Shown: positions 22,347 through 36,902 of the stretch, piece after piece
Layout of the letters: each line of letters starts with the position of its first letter
How positions within the stretch are numbered: the first letter of the stretch is position 1
Source: Rhizophagus irregularis
Lineage: Eukaryota
Direction of reading: 5' to 3'
Assembly: GCF_026210795.1 (NCBI RefSeq)
Contig: NC_089433.1
Span: 806,001 to 870,000 of the forward strand
DNA length: 64,000 nt
Notes under the pieces: generated by a model
The model's input: the letters and a program-made list of their open reading frames with translations, nothing else
Database searches by the model: none
What the model was told of the DNA's origin: nothing
Translations under genes and position numbers: made by a program

Positions 22347-23311
22347 CAGTCAGACCTATATATCGATAATTGCCTGTACCGATAAATTTTCTGTTCCGTT
22401 TCACAATTAATAAAAAAAGCTCATTGTACCGATATTATACATAGTTTCACGATGTAACATGTACCAATACTTTTCTTTGCCCCTTTATAATTAATACATA
22501 GTAAGATGCACTGATACTTTAGTTTACACTGGCATTAATTCGGGCCAACACTATAAATTTGGCCGGATTAACATAAAGGTTCCAATAAATAATCAGTGGT
22601 CAAAATTGGATGTGCGATCCGCACATCATTTTAAATTTGCGCACAAATTATAATAAATGAGGGTTCGGATTTGCTAACATAAAAAAATTCAAAAAATTGA
22701 TTGCGAACACAAAAAATTGCGCACATTTGATGCGCACATGATTTTGATCATTGCGCACACTTGCTGCGCACATCAGATGATTTAATAATGATCGTTATTT
22801 AATATTTACGCATTAACCACAAAAACGCGTTAAACCGTTAACAGTTAGTTGAGTTATGAGTATTGGTTTACTATGAAGGAGAGAAGATTTGGAAATATTA
22901 ATAATAAAATATAAAAATCATTATGTTCATATTTTTTATGATAATAAAATAACATAAAGAAATTATATAATATGTATAAAAAACATTTTATTAAATAAAC
23001 ATGTTCGCATTGCAAACATCTCTTAAATTTTGATGTGCGCACACACATATAGCGCACATGATCTTCAATATTGCTCACATAACTAAAAACAATCATGTGT
23101 GCTGTGCTAACATGGGTTTCCTATTGAATTTTGAACACTGGGTTCCATCCAAATCACATTACATTTTAATATATTGGAGTTTGCATAATGCTGGCAAGAA
23201 TTTGGTTTTGGCCCGCATTATGATTCACTGATGACGGTATATGTAACGATAATTTGATATACCGATATATTTTTCCCAAAACAACAGTATCGGTACATAG
23301 ATGTCCGACTG
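22347..23311. mobile_element. Tc1/mariner(pogo)-type MITE with TA target duplication, containing nested MITEs
   Basis: TA|CAGTCAGAC.TATATATCGATA ... TATCGGTACATAGATGTCCGACTG|TA. Confidence 0.75.
22594..23140. mobile_element. Nested MITE (hAT-like CAGTG ends) with many TGCGCACA subterminal motifs
   Basis: CAGTGGTCAAAATT ... AATTTTGAACACTG; no clean TSD seen. Confidence 0.6.
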
Positions 23312-24292
23312 TATTTCTATTTTAAATTTTAATATATTAAACTATTCACCTTCGAGTTATAATTATATTTGATTTCTTCTTAAAATAGGATATAGAAATT
23401 TGGAATTCTGAAGGTGAAATATTCGCTGAATTTCGGTTTCACATTAAAAAGTACCTTGATATCAAAACAGTTAAAACCCTATATATTTCCAACAGATGAT
23501 AGTATTAATAATTAGTAATTTTTCATTGTAATTAGTAAGCTTTTATTTTTAAAATATTTCTTGATAAATAAATCTTCATTTACTAGATTAAGACAAAAAG
23601 ATCTTTTCATGAAAATAATAACCTTTTTATGTATCGGATTTTAAAGTTTACTTACTTCAATTTCTGAGTTAATCATCGAAATTAAAATCTTGATAATGGA
23701 CTTTAAAGTAAAAGGAAAAAACTTCAAGTCAACTTCCGGACTTATCTGATAGTGGTTTTGTCTCTAATTTTTGTAGAGTTGTGGAATTGTGGCGCAGGTT
23801 ATCGGACCATGATATGAAATTCGGAAACCAAAATCTTTCGCTGCAGAGCCAAATATTTAATTGTGGTATGACTAACGGTGAAGTTTTAATGTTTAATAAT
23901 GTATTATATGAAATTATGAATATTATATGTACTGTTTACCATATACGAATAAATTATCAAAATATATAACCCGCAGGACCTTTGTTTCTTAAAAAAAATC
24001 CAGTTTTTGTGATTATTTCACATTACATTTCTATGATTTTGTACTCCATCAAGTATATAAGAAAAATGCAATTAATCAATTCACGTATTCAGTCTTTGTG
24101 AACATATTCGTATCTTTGAAATTTATACAAAATAGAAAAAAATTACAAATAAATCATAAACTATCATTTTAACTTCTTATTGAGAAAGTTGTTCTGAAAT
24201 CTTAACGTCAGCAGAATAATGTTTTTACCAAGACTACGGAAATAACGGAATTAAACATGCCAATTGTGGATATATATATGGACTATAAATAA

Positions 24293-24490
24293 GGGAAGTG
24301 CCAAAAATTACGTAATTTCCTGAGGGGAGGGGTAAGGCCAGGATGACCTTCTATTTTTAGTAATTAATAACATATTTAATTCTGGACAAATTACATAATA
24401 ATTTTTGATTTCCTAAAATAGATAATGACAGGGGAGAGGGGAGGTCTCAAAACCTTAAACCCTAAATGATGTAATTTCTGGCAACTCCCC
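24293..24490. mobile_element. PIF/Harbinger-type MITE with TAA target duplication
   Basis: TAA|GGGAAGTGCCAAAAATTACGT ... ATGTAATTTCTGGCAACTCCCC|TAA. Confidence 0.75.
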
Positions 24491-24997
24491 TAAGTTTTAC
24501 ATCCAAATATGCAATGGATCTTATCTGCTATATCAAATACAAAAATATGTGGGACGTCATATTGCATGATGGTCCATTGTTTCCTTTTGGAAAAAATGGA
24601 AAAAATGATTTTTCTGGTGCTCTTTACCGGAAACATTAATGAATGAAATTAAAAAAGTTTAAATGAATAAACTTAATTAATAAATATATAAATCCATGGC
24701 GTAAAAATTTTCCTTTTTCAAATTTCATGTAACCATATAAAGAAATTATTAAATCAAAAAATAAAAATGTATGAAAAGAAAAAAAAAACTTTTTGCCTGT
24801 ATTTTTTGTATTTTAAAAAAGATTTTACAGATAAAGAATTTTTCAAGAAACCTAATTTATATAATAAATATTATTAATTATTATTTTTTTTTTTTGATAG
24901 TTATGAGTTTTTATATAAATACTGTATGATCAATAATATATTTTATTAATTTCAACCTCTCTAGTAATTATTTACATATTAAATCATAAAAAAAATT

Positions 24998-27127
24998 ATG
25001 ACGTGGAGAAGCGATATTCGTGTTGTGGTTGGTTTAGGTATAGTTATAACAATTAAAACATATCGATTTGAATATATTTTTTTTCTTTTTTAGTATTAAA
25101 TTAATTATTTTAAATATTTAAACAATAGATTTCGGAACTACCTATTCGGTAAATGTAGTTTCATTATGTTATAGTAGATTAGATGCGGTCATAAATTAAA
25201 TAAATATATATTTTTTTGATAGGGATTTTCTTATTATCATTGCGAGGATAAAGATGTCGGATGCATCAAAGTAAATCATGAATGGCCTGAAAATACTGGA
25301 CTGGGGATATTGAAGACAAATACTGTACTTCAATACAAAGATGGCTTTGAGGAAGTTGAATTATGGGGTCATCCAGCCTTATGTAAAAAACCAAATACGA
25401 AAGGCAAAGATAATGAAACAAGACCAATAGAATTATTTAAATTATATTTAGGTAATTGTTTAGATAAGCATAAGCCAGTTTTGCCCGAACCATTAAATTA
25501 TAAAAAAGTGATTACTGATTATCTTCATGAAATTGGAAAGGTAAACCAATTTTAATTAATTTAGATATAATATAATATACTATAATCACTAATTTTATTC
25601 ATTTTAATTAATAAAGCTAATCAAAGAAACAGTTAAATCGTACTGGATACATATTAAGTTTATGGAAAATGTCCTTTTAATTGCTACTGTACCAGCTGAA
25701 TATTCAGAAAGTGATAAGGCTATAATGAGAGAATGTATATTCAATGCTGGTTTGATAGGTGACATACATTCGGAAAAATTACAATTTACAACTGAACGTA
25801 AGTTTAATTTTTATTATGTTTTTAATGATGAAATATTAACAGAATTATTCTTTAAAATAAATATAGCTGAAGCTGCAGCAATTTATTGTATGCATAGCAG
25901 CCTAAAGGAACATGAACTTGCAAAACCCGGAAGTATGTTTAAAGTATTTATCGATCAATTTATTAAATATATTATATTAAAATACCAAATATTATTTCAT
26001 TCTTTACTAATAAAGCAAACTTCATGGTCGTTGACTGTGGCGGTGGTACGGTAGATTTAACAACACGTAAATTATTGGAAGAAAACCAATTAGGTGAAAT
26101 CACTGAACGGGCAGGTGACTTTTGTGGGAGTACTTTTATTGATAAAGAATTTATAGAATTACTAAAGCGTGAAGTTGGAAATTCAGCCGTAAATTCATTT
26201 ATCAATGAGCATTATGGTCAATTGCAATATTTGGTTCAAAATTTTTGTCAAGATGTCAAGTTAAAGTTCACAGGAGATGATCTAAATTGTAAATATGAGT
26301 TAGATCTTGAAGCATTAGCTCCTAAATTATTACCATATATTACTGGTTCGGAGAGAGATTCAATGCTTATAGAAGAATGGATGATTGTTCTTGATTATAA
26401 AATCGTTAAATCTATGTTTGATCCTATTATTGATAGAATTATTAAAATGATTCGTGTTCAATTAAATAATTCTGAAAAATGTTCAGCAATATTTTTAGTT
26501 GGAGGTTTCGGTCAATCAAAATATTTACAAAAAAGAGTTGAGGAAGAATTTAGTGACTTGGTAGAAAATATCTCAATTCCGAATCAACCTATTGCGGCAG
26601 TTTTACGTGGTGCAGCAATATATGGAAAAAGTTTACAAGAATCAAAAAATATGAAAAATATGAATAATTTAAAATGTGTTATTGCAACTCGTGTATTAAC
26701 TTATACATTTGGAATTAGAATATCTCCTTTATGGGAATATGGAGATCCAATAGATAGACGTAAAAGTGATGGAAGAATTCATAAATTTTATTGTATTGCA
26801 GAACGTAAAACTATAGTTACAATTGATCAAGAATTTAAAGTTGAAGACTTAATTCCTATTTATTCAGATCAAACAAGAATGAGTTTTGATATCTATTATA
26901 CAAAAGAAGATACTATTTATTGTGATGATGATGAACCTGGTATGAAATTACTTGGGAAATTACTTATTGATCTTCCCGATGTAGAATTAGAAAATAAAAG
27001 ACCATGCTCATTTTCTTTATCATTTGGTGATATGGAAATTAAAGCTAGAGCATTTAATCAAGTAAATGGGCAAAATTATCATACCAAATTCGAATTAAAT
27101 GTATTAAACGAATTAGATGGTTCTTAG
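24998..27127 (+). CDS. HSPA12-like atypical Hsp70 (actin-like ATPase); exons 24998-25037, 25129-25148, 25223-25540, 25617-25797, 25867-25932, 26016-27127
   Basis: The spliced product gives VVVGLDFGTTYSGF, TVPAEY, TTEPEAAA, VVDCGGGTVD, GDFCGSTFID and LVGGFGQSKYL. All five introns are GT-AG and preserve the frame. Confidence 0.92.
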
Positions 27128-27417
27128 ATTATTGAAATAATTTATTTGATTAAATTATTTGTTATCGTTAAAATATCTTATCAAAGTTATAGAATTTAAA
27201 GGTTGTTGTAATTTATACGTCATTTTTGTATTGGAATATTTAATTAATATTTGAATAAATTTACAATATTTTTTTTTTGTTATAAATAAATTTAATAAAT
27301 AAAATAAAAGTAGTCCGTGATAATTCCTATTACCTTTTAGTTACTGGCTGACGTTACTATAATTCCGTCCGGCTTTGAGCAAAATGCGTACAGCTAATAG
27401 AAAAATTATGTCACTTT

Positions 27418-28100
27418 CCCTGTAAAAAATCTGATCCGTGTTTTAATCTTGGAAATTTTCACCTCGCTAACACGGGTATCCATGAATGTATCATTTTCAC
27501 GGAATTTTTTACGGAAGACGGAGAAATAACAGGCATTATTGATACAGAATAAAATAACAAATGAAATCGAATTAGAGTTAATGTTGGAATATTGTGTTAG
27601 TACAAATAGTTTAGATAAACGAAACACTGGTGTGGTCTATAGAAAATAGTATAGAAACGTCTTTTTATTTTGTAAAACAAGCCTATGTATTATTGAATCA
27701 TGTAATTGATTTTCTATGCAAATAAAACCACATTTAACAGTATAATTCTGATCGTGACATTTTGTCGTTTATATCTATGCTGACGAACTACTGATGAACT
27801 TTGAATTATTCCCAATGTCAATCGTCCAACCTGTTTCTGTCAGATCTTTGAGGTATGATTCTATTTGTAAAGAGAGAATCATGCGATTTTTTCGTTCTAG
27901 GATCTACTAATTTTCCTTTACATTTCTGACAGTGACATGGTATATGTTTGCGGGTTCGAGGAGAACGAACATAGGGAGCTTTTTGAACGCTTTGATTATT
28001 TCTAGTTTTATCATATGGCATTTTGAATTCTTTACCAAAGAATTTATGATAATTTTTTTTTTATTTTAATTGTTTAATAGTTAATAAATAATTTTTTAAA
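27418..28100 (-). mobile_element. CACTA/EnSpm-like element fragment: CCCTGTAAAAAA end plus a transposase-like N-terminal Cys/His motif
   Basis: Terminus CCCTGTAAAAAATCTGATCCGT resembles the MITE at 55672. ORF 27818-28021 has PCHCQKCKGKLVDPRTKKSH. Confidence 0.5.
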
Positions 28101-28649
28101 CAAAGAATTTAGTTAGTTTAAATAATATACAATATGTAATAATAGAATTAAATAAATAACTTACACGCTATATTATTAGCCGTTAGTCTTTACTTCGTTT
28201 TATTATACGGAGATTTCGGTATGGAGAGATTTAGGAATACGTTTAGCGTTGACTAAATTTCAATGTATTTTTTTTTATAACTTGTTCTTCTACACTTACA
28301 GAAATAAAATGCGTTTACCGATAAAAATAAAAATAAAAAATATTATTAGCTTATGAATTGCATTATATTCTATGCACAGTAAGGGGGTAACTTCTTAAGC
28401 CAAAATTAGAACGGAACCATATGCTATATATTCCCGATCCAGCTAGTCCAGATTTCTTACTGAAATCGTTAGTTCTGTGTGACACGTCTCTGATCCACCT
28501 TGTGACAAATTTGAAAGTTTCGTGGAAATGAAATAGATGATTTCGGTTTTGAGTGTATATTTATATAATACATTTTATCCATCATTACATGACACTGTTT
28601 TTACGTATTTAAACTTCTGTTTACAATTATAATTTGAAATTTTCTCTCA

Positions 28650-29760
28650 AAGGATAGAAGAGTCTTTTGCTCGTATGGACAACTATCGACGTAATCCTGC
28701 CTTTGGTCTTTTTGAAGGGCGGTTTCAATCTAATTTGAATACTTACCTCAAAGGAAGTGGAAGACCACAACTGCCATTCAATTGGACTCGTAATGGATAC
28801 ACCTGGAGTTGGGAAGACTCGACCTTTGGAAAAATACGTTATTGAATAACTTAGTGGACCTTGTTGTTTTATCCTATAATAATGGGTAAAACCACCTGAC
28901 CTGGATTTAATTCATTGGCGTCAAAAAAAGTGTGAACCTTGTTTATAACATACAGTTCTTGTTAATCCTAAGCGGGAATTGATGACTTTGTTGATGATCT
29001 CAAGGAAGCAGGTCTCAACATTTTTCATACAGATTTTTCGCCTAAAAAAGCTCTTAGAGTAGTACATGAGAGATTACAGCAGACGAGTGGGTCATTGTGG
29101 TCACAATTGATGAGTTTGAAAAGCTCTTATCTGAGAATTATGATACTGGCCATAGATTTTTATCAAAACTGATCCAGACTCTTGGAGATGTTATGTGTAG
29201 ATCAACAGACCACACAACTGTGGTGAGTTTAATGGCAGGCATAATATCGATAACAATCAAAAGTATTTTTCACAAATTATCCCACCATAGACCATGATGG
29301 GGAGAAATTATCAATCTCAAAAGGACTGATACTACATGCAAGAGAGTTTCATAAATTAAACAGACGAATACGGGAGATCAATTTTGTAGAGTTGGCGGAC
29401 ATACCTCTTTCTCCACTAAGCGTGGACAAACATGCTGAGATCCTTTTTGGAATGAATAACTTCCCATCCAACCGGAAAACATGTCAAAAATTTCGTTTCT
29501 TTATGCGGCAATACAATTTGGGTCCATAACAACTGAGGTATATGCACCATAGTTGATCTCTTCGTACATGAATCTGCAACGAAAACTGGAGTTTATGGGC
29601 TTGCCATGGTTTTTATATTAGTGTACACGATAGTTCAACAGAATTCAACCTATTGAAGCTTCAACACTCAAGGAAAAAAAAAAAAATTTCGTAGACCATA
29701 AGGATACTGAATGGAAATTCAGTGGTAGTATAGATAATTGGGACTTAGAACAGCTAGCCT
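28650..29760 (+). pseudogene. P-loop NTPase pseudogene (Crinkler C-terminal-like)
   Basis: Walker A TPGVGKTR at ~28800-28823 and Walker B VVTIDEF at 29097; many stops and frameshifts. The family call is an inference. Confidence 0.6.
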
Positions 29761-30200
29761 AGTAATGTCTTCCTTTATCTCTTTACTAAAAAATGTCTGC
29801 ATCATTTGGTAAAATTAAATTACTTAGTTGTCTACACAAATATGAAGAAGAGATATATTTTATTTCATTTTTAATAATATTATACTATAATTATCAAGCT
29901 TTTTGGATTCCACTACCTCAATTTACTGATCTAAGTAATTGACCTTTTTAACCCTTTCCACTTTTAACAATAAATACCTGAAGTCTAGTTCGTAATTTCG
30001 TCTGGAGCTCTCCATAAAAGAAGAAAAAAAAAAGATAAACTAATTAACAAGAAAATCACCTCCAAGAATTGAACTTGGACACAAAAATTGTGGAACCAAC
30101 GGTGATGGATTTTGTTGAGTTGATAAGTTATTAAGGAAAGAACTCAACAAAGGAATAAAATAAAGGGTATCATATGTGAAGAAGGAAATCACATGAGATA

Positions 30201-30454
30201 GATCAAATGATCAAGAAAGGTAAATTTTACAAGACAAAGGATCTCTCTGACACCAATTAGCGTGGTGCAATGCTTCATGGGCGATGCAAACGATCCCCTT
30301 ATAAAATTTATCTATCTAAGAATGGTCAAATGATCAAGAAAGGGTAAACTTTTACAAGACAAAGGATCTCTCTGACACCAATCAGCGCAGTGCTATGCTT
30401 CATGGGTGATGCAAACGATCCCCTTGTAAAAATTATCTATCTAAGAATGGTCAA
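30201..30454. repeat. Two tandem copies of a ~124-bp self-complementary unit inside a probable retroelement relic (~29960-31200)
   Basis: CAAATGATCAAGAAAGG..TTTTACAAGACAAAGGATC...GATCCCCTTRTAAAA..TATCTATCTAAGAATGGTCAA occurs twice with few substitutions. Confidence 0.8.
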
Positions 30455-32329
30455 GTAATCCCAAGTTGACCAAAGGGTAAAGATTACGTCTCCATGCTAT
30501 ATTTGGTAAGCAATGGGCCAAGCTACGTAATATAATATTATTTAATTAAGCTATTGGGAGATTAAAAGGAGAATAATATTTACTAAATATGTTATTTTAT
30601 AAAGTAGAGAATAAGAAAAGAGGAGAATATGAATTATACAATTAAGAAAAAAAAGAAAATAAAGAAGAATTGATGATAATGTAAACAAAATATTAAGAAG
30701 GAGTGATAATAATATAGATAGTAATAAATGTTCAAAAGAATAAAATATATTAAAGAGATATGGAAGAGTAGGGAGATAGTTGGGAATGAAAAGGATTGTA
30801 GTGCATATGAATTTCAATGAACGTAAAATTATAACAATTATGTTATTGAGAATATTGGTATATGTGAGGAGAATGATAAAAAGAATGTAAAAAAATCCAG
30901 TAAGTAATGGTAAATGTAAATGTTGAGATGTTTCAATGATTGGTTGAGGATTATTGTAGCATTTGTTAATAGGAGTTTCATTTAAAATAGTATTGATAAT
31001 ATTTGCACACAAATGATAAGACATTTTGAATTACAGTTTAAAAATTTGAAATTTGAATTGAATTTAGAAAGATTTTGATTGATAATTGTAAATAATAATA
31101 TTGAAATTTGGTTTTTGATTTTTTCCTTGAGGTAATTTAAGGGTATATATATATTTTTAAAAACCCTTTGAATACATGTGACTAATAATAAAATAGATAA
31201 AAAAATCAAGATTATCTATGAGTCACAATTAATTTACGAGTTATTTAACCTAAACTAGTAATATTAATTGATTTAATGATGAACTATACTTGCATAATTA
31301 ATGATATTGTGTAAATGTGTAATACTCCCCATATTATTAAAACTTTTATTATTGTTAATTAAAATAAATTTATTAAAATTTTTATTCAAGCTAAATTTAT
31401 TTTTGATATATAGTTTGACAATGGTTTTAGTATAAATTTTTTATTGTATACCAAAAAAATAAGTGAGTGCTTGAAAGCTTAAATAAATTAAACATGCGTG
31501 ATATACATAACAAAAATGACATTTCTGTAGTTACACAAGATCCTAGAATTAATCACGGCGGAACTGTGATGATCAATGATATCAATGATATTAATATTCC
31601 CTAGTTTGGAGTGTGTTCTACGCTTCGGACAATAAAAAAGTTTACTGATATACTTATAAATACCAGTTATAAAACTGATTATAATATACTGTGAAATGTG
31701 AATCTATACGGACAATGAATACCAGTTATAAAACTTATAATAATATACTGCGTATCTTTAAAATATGTTAGTTTGTATTATTACTCATATAAAGTAAATA
31801 AAGTAAATGATATTACAGTATCTAATCTCATAATTAACATGTAAAGTATTATCATTATTTTATTTAATAAAAAAAAAACTCACTATAATATATCAAATTT
31901 TTGGAGGAACACGCAATAAAACTTGTCAAACACCCACTTTATTACTTTTAAATAGGTAAAGATCAATTTCTATTGTATATAAGATATGATATTTTGTTAT
32001 TAGATGACGTAAAGAGACATGAGGTATAATGTAACAATACAAAGTTTCTTTGGATCTACTAAGGTGGGATATGAAAGCAAAATGTTATTTTTTAATTTTA
32101 GAAACGGTTTTGTTATTGAACTGATTAAAATACGCAGAAATAATTAAATAGAAAGTTATTTACTATAATCTTTATTTAAAGTAGTAGAAGTTATACAAAA
32201 TAATATCAAAATAATACTCTCTTTAATTTATTGGGTAAGAGAACTGCAACTATCCGTAGCAGGCTTTGACATTTATCAAAATAGAAATAATTTTGATATA
32301 ATTTAATTCCTTGACCAATTTTAATTTAT

Positions 32330-32870
32330 TCGTATTTTTATTTTAGAAATGTAGACAATAGCAGGAGCCATACAGACTCGGGAACTAAAACCTTACAAAA
32401 GGAAACTACAACGTGCCACTATGCTAGTATGAACCCAACCCTCGCGAGGATCGTGCTACCTGTTATTGAAAAGAACAAAATTTGGCATTACCTGTATTGT
32501 ATAACACTAAAAAAATAATATAAAGAGAAAGAAAAAGAAAAAGCCCTCTACATGGTAAACCCGGACACCAAAAAAATTTCTATCATCTATAAGTGCTAAA
32601 AGTACTAAAAAAGGCTTAGAAAGCCTACTAACTAACACCACAAATAAAAAAGAAGAGCCAGGAATAGAAAGAAGGAGAAATCTGTGAGCCACCGATGTTT
32701 TGTAAGTGACTCCGTGGTGGGGTTGTAGTTAGTTTTGAGGTTGAATTTTCTCAATAGGAGTTGAAGCCAATGTCGTAAGGTAGAGAGATCTTCATTGAAG
32801 TGTTTGTGGTGTTTATCACGTGCCGATTTGCATAAAATTGCTGGAACAGTAAATTGTATCACCGTATGTG
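32330..32870 (-). mobile_element. Possible 5'-truncated retroposon 3' end
   Basis: GC-richer segment ending on the minus strand in CTAAAAATAAAAATA; no TSD found. Confidence 0.3.
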
Positions 32871-35217
32871 ATTATCAATCTTATACAGTATATTGAACAA
32901 GTGCAGTTAAAGGTTTTAATAATTATTTTAATTTCTTTATTACTAACTATAACTCTAGAATATAAATATATTTTGTGTATTTTATAATATTCCAAAAAAT
33001 ATTAATTGATAGCATGATTGCTATCTAATTATTATTCTTGCTTTTTGTTTTCAACATCATTAGGTTTGCCCATTTATTGATAGATTTCTATTATTTATCC
33101 ATTTTCTGCTTATTTTAATTTTTACTATTCATTTAATTAAATAATTGATTATTTAAAAAATTTTATCAGAACTTATAATCATATAAAGCATTAACATCTA
33201 AAATAAGTAATTTGAGTGTCATCACACATAGTATTAGAGCATTATTAATCATTAAAATTTTTATTTAAATTTTTAAATAAAATGATTTTAATAAACTAAT
33301 TCTAATGTATTGCAATTACCAGCATATCCCTTAGTACTTGAAACCAATTTAAATTTATTGAGAAAAAAAATTTTTGATTAATTCTTTTCTTTTTGAATAG
33401 AATCAAAAGATTTCAATATTAATTTTCATTATTATTAGTAGGTAACTAAAAATATCTGGTGAGAAAATCCAATCAACTAAAAGGTTAATAAAGAAGGATT
33501 TAGAGACAGAACTAATGAAATGGGCCAATAAAACCTAATTTTTGAAACCCATTTATAATCAGCATCAAAAAAATGTTTACAGTAACTATGTTATAGTGCA
33601 GCAATTATGAGCATTATCACAAATTGTAACATGTGCTATTCAGAATCATATGGCACAAAATGCAAAGTTGAAAAAAAAATAAAGAGAAAGAAATATGTAT
33701 GGTATTGTTACCTGATACAAGTTTTACTAGTTTTACCATAGTTTTATGCAGTATTACGAAAGTTATGTACAATATGACATCTAAAATCATGCTTATAATA
33801 ACTTATTCTGATATACCGTGAAAACTTTTTTTCCTTCCTAAATTTTTAAATGACTTATTTTATTTAACAGATGATTGTGTTTATCACATTTTACAATACC
33901 TTCAAAATGATCATTCAACTTTATTTATATGTTTATTAGTTAACTATTCCTTTGCTTTATGCAAATCCTTTTGCAAACTGAAAAAAAATTACTTTATAAC
34001 CTTGACCTTAATATTTTGCTTTAACAAAGCAGAAATTTTACAATTAAAGAATCAACTTGGATTAAACCAAATTAATATTAATTTTGATGAGGAATAATAT
34101 ATATAAATATTAAACCATTATTTGAATATTCAAATATTTGGAAAATTATAATTACTTTATAATAAATCTCGTTATTAATGGATGGTTTATGAGATATTGT
34201 TCATCAATTTCTCAAATCAAAATATGTGATGATATTACTTCAATATTTCATCAAATCAAGTTTACTAATGATCATATTGATTTATTAGTATTACTATTTT
34301 TTAAAATAAGAATCATATTAGATATGATTAATGTTTCTCAAAATATTGATGAATTTTTTGTAAATTTAGCAAATATATATCTATTAAATGTCATTAATAT
34401 TTTCATTAAAGATCTTTCTGCAATATTTATTCAGGTATGTAAATTATTTTTGCATTATTTTTTTATCTTTTATTAAACCAATCATTGAATTTTTATTTTA
34501 TTTTTTAATAGTGTTTTTATTTGTCTCAAGTTGTATCGTAAAAAAGCCTTCATGCAATTAAAGCCAAATTTAAACACAATAACTCACCAAATGTACCAAA
34601 TGTGATAAAGCTTTAGGATTAAAAATCTTTTAGAAGCACTAATATCAAAAGAGTATATAGTAAAGTAAGTATGGTACAATATGATATAATAAGTAAGGTA
34701 TTATAGATATGATATGATATTACACGAACCTTTGGGTATAATTACAGTTGTATTATAGACAAAATGAATACTAATTTTATAAAAAATTTTTCCTTAACTT
34801 TTAATGGCAAGTTTTAAAAATTAAATAAAAAGAAAAAATTATTATAGATACTATATTTTATTAGGTGAACTTTGTACTATACCTGTAAGTATAGTTGTAT
34901 TTATATAATATATACATCCAGAGAAACGGGTACGATAAGATCAGCAAATGGAGAAGCATACTGGTCAAAGTTTCATACCTAAAAAACAATAAAAACAAAA
35001 TATTGTATCAAATACACAAGTAACCAAATTAATAATACCTATATCAAAATGGTTCACATTTTCTGTAATATATTCTATAATGACATGGAGTCATGAACAC
35101 GATTGGAAGCAAATAAGTAAATTATTGGTCACGAACTGTAAGCTTGCATAACGTGTCATATGATTTGATCTGCATATAAAATGATTGGCTTTTGCTAATT
35201 GCATCATTTTAACTCTT

Positions 35218-35297
35218 ATGTCTACTTATAAAATGTCTACTGATAAAATGTTTACTGATAAAATGTCTACTTATAAAATGACTACGTATAAAATGAC
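35218..35297 (+). repeat. 15-bp tandem repeat (ATGTCTACTTATAAA-like), five copies, at the start of a decayed ORF (~35218-36030)
   Basis: Reads MSTYK MSTDK MFTDK MSTYK MTTYK MTK, followed by stops and frameshifts. Confidence 0.7.
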
Positions 35298-36902
35298 CAA
35301 GGAATTAGAAGAAGAGTTAAAAGGCATAATGAAGAGTTGATAGCATCTGTTAATCAGACTGAACTTGCTAAGTGGATTGAAGCAGGGGAACTATATGAAG
35401 AGCATGAAGAAGTATTATTAAACCAAAATGAACGTACTTACTCAGGATCAGTTGGTAAGTCTATGATTTATATATACTTCTGTATATGTTTGATCAATAA
35501 ACTCGAAATTATTAATTTTTAAGGAGCCAGAAGAAACCATGTTGACAATGACGGAAATCATATTGCTGGAGAAACTTTTTATGGAAGTTCCGGGAAGACC
35601 AATAAGAAGACTGGGATGAAACGCTATTCTAGAACTTCCACCAAGAGAGCTACAACCACCAGAGGTTATGACTGCCAATATTGTGATAAATCCACTGAAC
35701 CCAACGGTGTTTCCAACTTTATCAGAATACACAGTACAAATGTTGAATGATCTGAATATGGCTGGTCTATTGAATAGAGTTATCGGATTGAGTGTGAATT
35801 GTAAGATCAGAAGATTTCCAATAGGAGAAAATAGACGTTGATGTTTTCGATATTGTTCCTAAAAAATGGTCTATATGCTTTCGTTCTACCTAACGGTCAT
35901 TATATTGTGCTATGCCATATTCGTGATAATTGGTTTAGGGCACTAGCATATTTTCAAGTTCATAATTTGTACACAAATTTTCTTGATATATACTTTACTA
36001 ACAGAATCAACATGATCAATATAGAATAACAATTTATAATAAAGATTATTGGTTTACATTGTTTTTTCTGCTAATCAAATTTATCTACCATTTATCTTGA
36101 TATTTTACATTTCATACCATGAATTACCACTAATGTAAACACCATAATAATGGCAAATGATTGTTAATATACAGTACCGTACTTTTCCAAAAGTCATTAA
36201 CAATTTCTTAATTTTCTTAGCATCTTCAAGAGTAAGTTTCACTCAATGCAGAGTTGCAGACACCATGATCCTAAATTTTTAATTAGCAAACAGGATCAAG
36301 GATACAGCAACTCAACAAGTCAAAAGTAATTTGAGATGTGCTAAATGCTCATTCAAAAATAAATTTTTTCGTGATGAAAAGGTATCAGGCGCATGTTATT
36401 TATTTGCCAATAATAACCCTTTCTAGATTAACGGAGTGAATAGGCAGGCAGGGCTTTCTTCGATTCTCTCCTCAAGGTTCCTAAAACCACTCGTATATTT
36501 AACTTGCAAACATAATCCATTTCTATATAATAGTAATATTGAAACTGTTTATTTAGAAATAATAAATTAATCTATATAATGTGGTAATAATTAATTTAAA
36601 AAGAATTTAAGCATTATAATAATTAATTTAACTAATTCTCTAATTGTATGGGAATAATAAAGATCAATTTCAACCTGTAAATTCAAAAATAATGAAGTTT
36701 CTTTAAAATTTTTAGCTAAACCAAGAAAACCTAGTTGAATTCTTAAATGACTATTACAAATAAGAGTGAGTATTATAATACATCATCTTTTGAAACAAAA
36801 AAGGAATAAAGAAAAACCATCTACAATTCAAAGGTAGTATTAACAAAATTATTTTGCAGGAAAATATCAAAAGTCTTTAATTACCAACAACTATAACAAC
36901 AT

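Noticed and set aside
30551..31209. Hydrophobic 157-aa and 75-aa ORFs as membrane proteins
   Set aside because: L/I/F/Y bias follows from T-rich strand composition inside a probable TE relic; no motif support.
33000..34620. Possible decayed multi-exon gene (ORF 34138-34476, CTKC motif)
   Set aside because: Too degraded to assign a structure or family.
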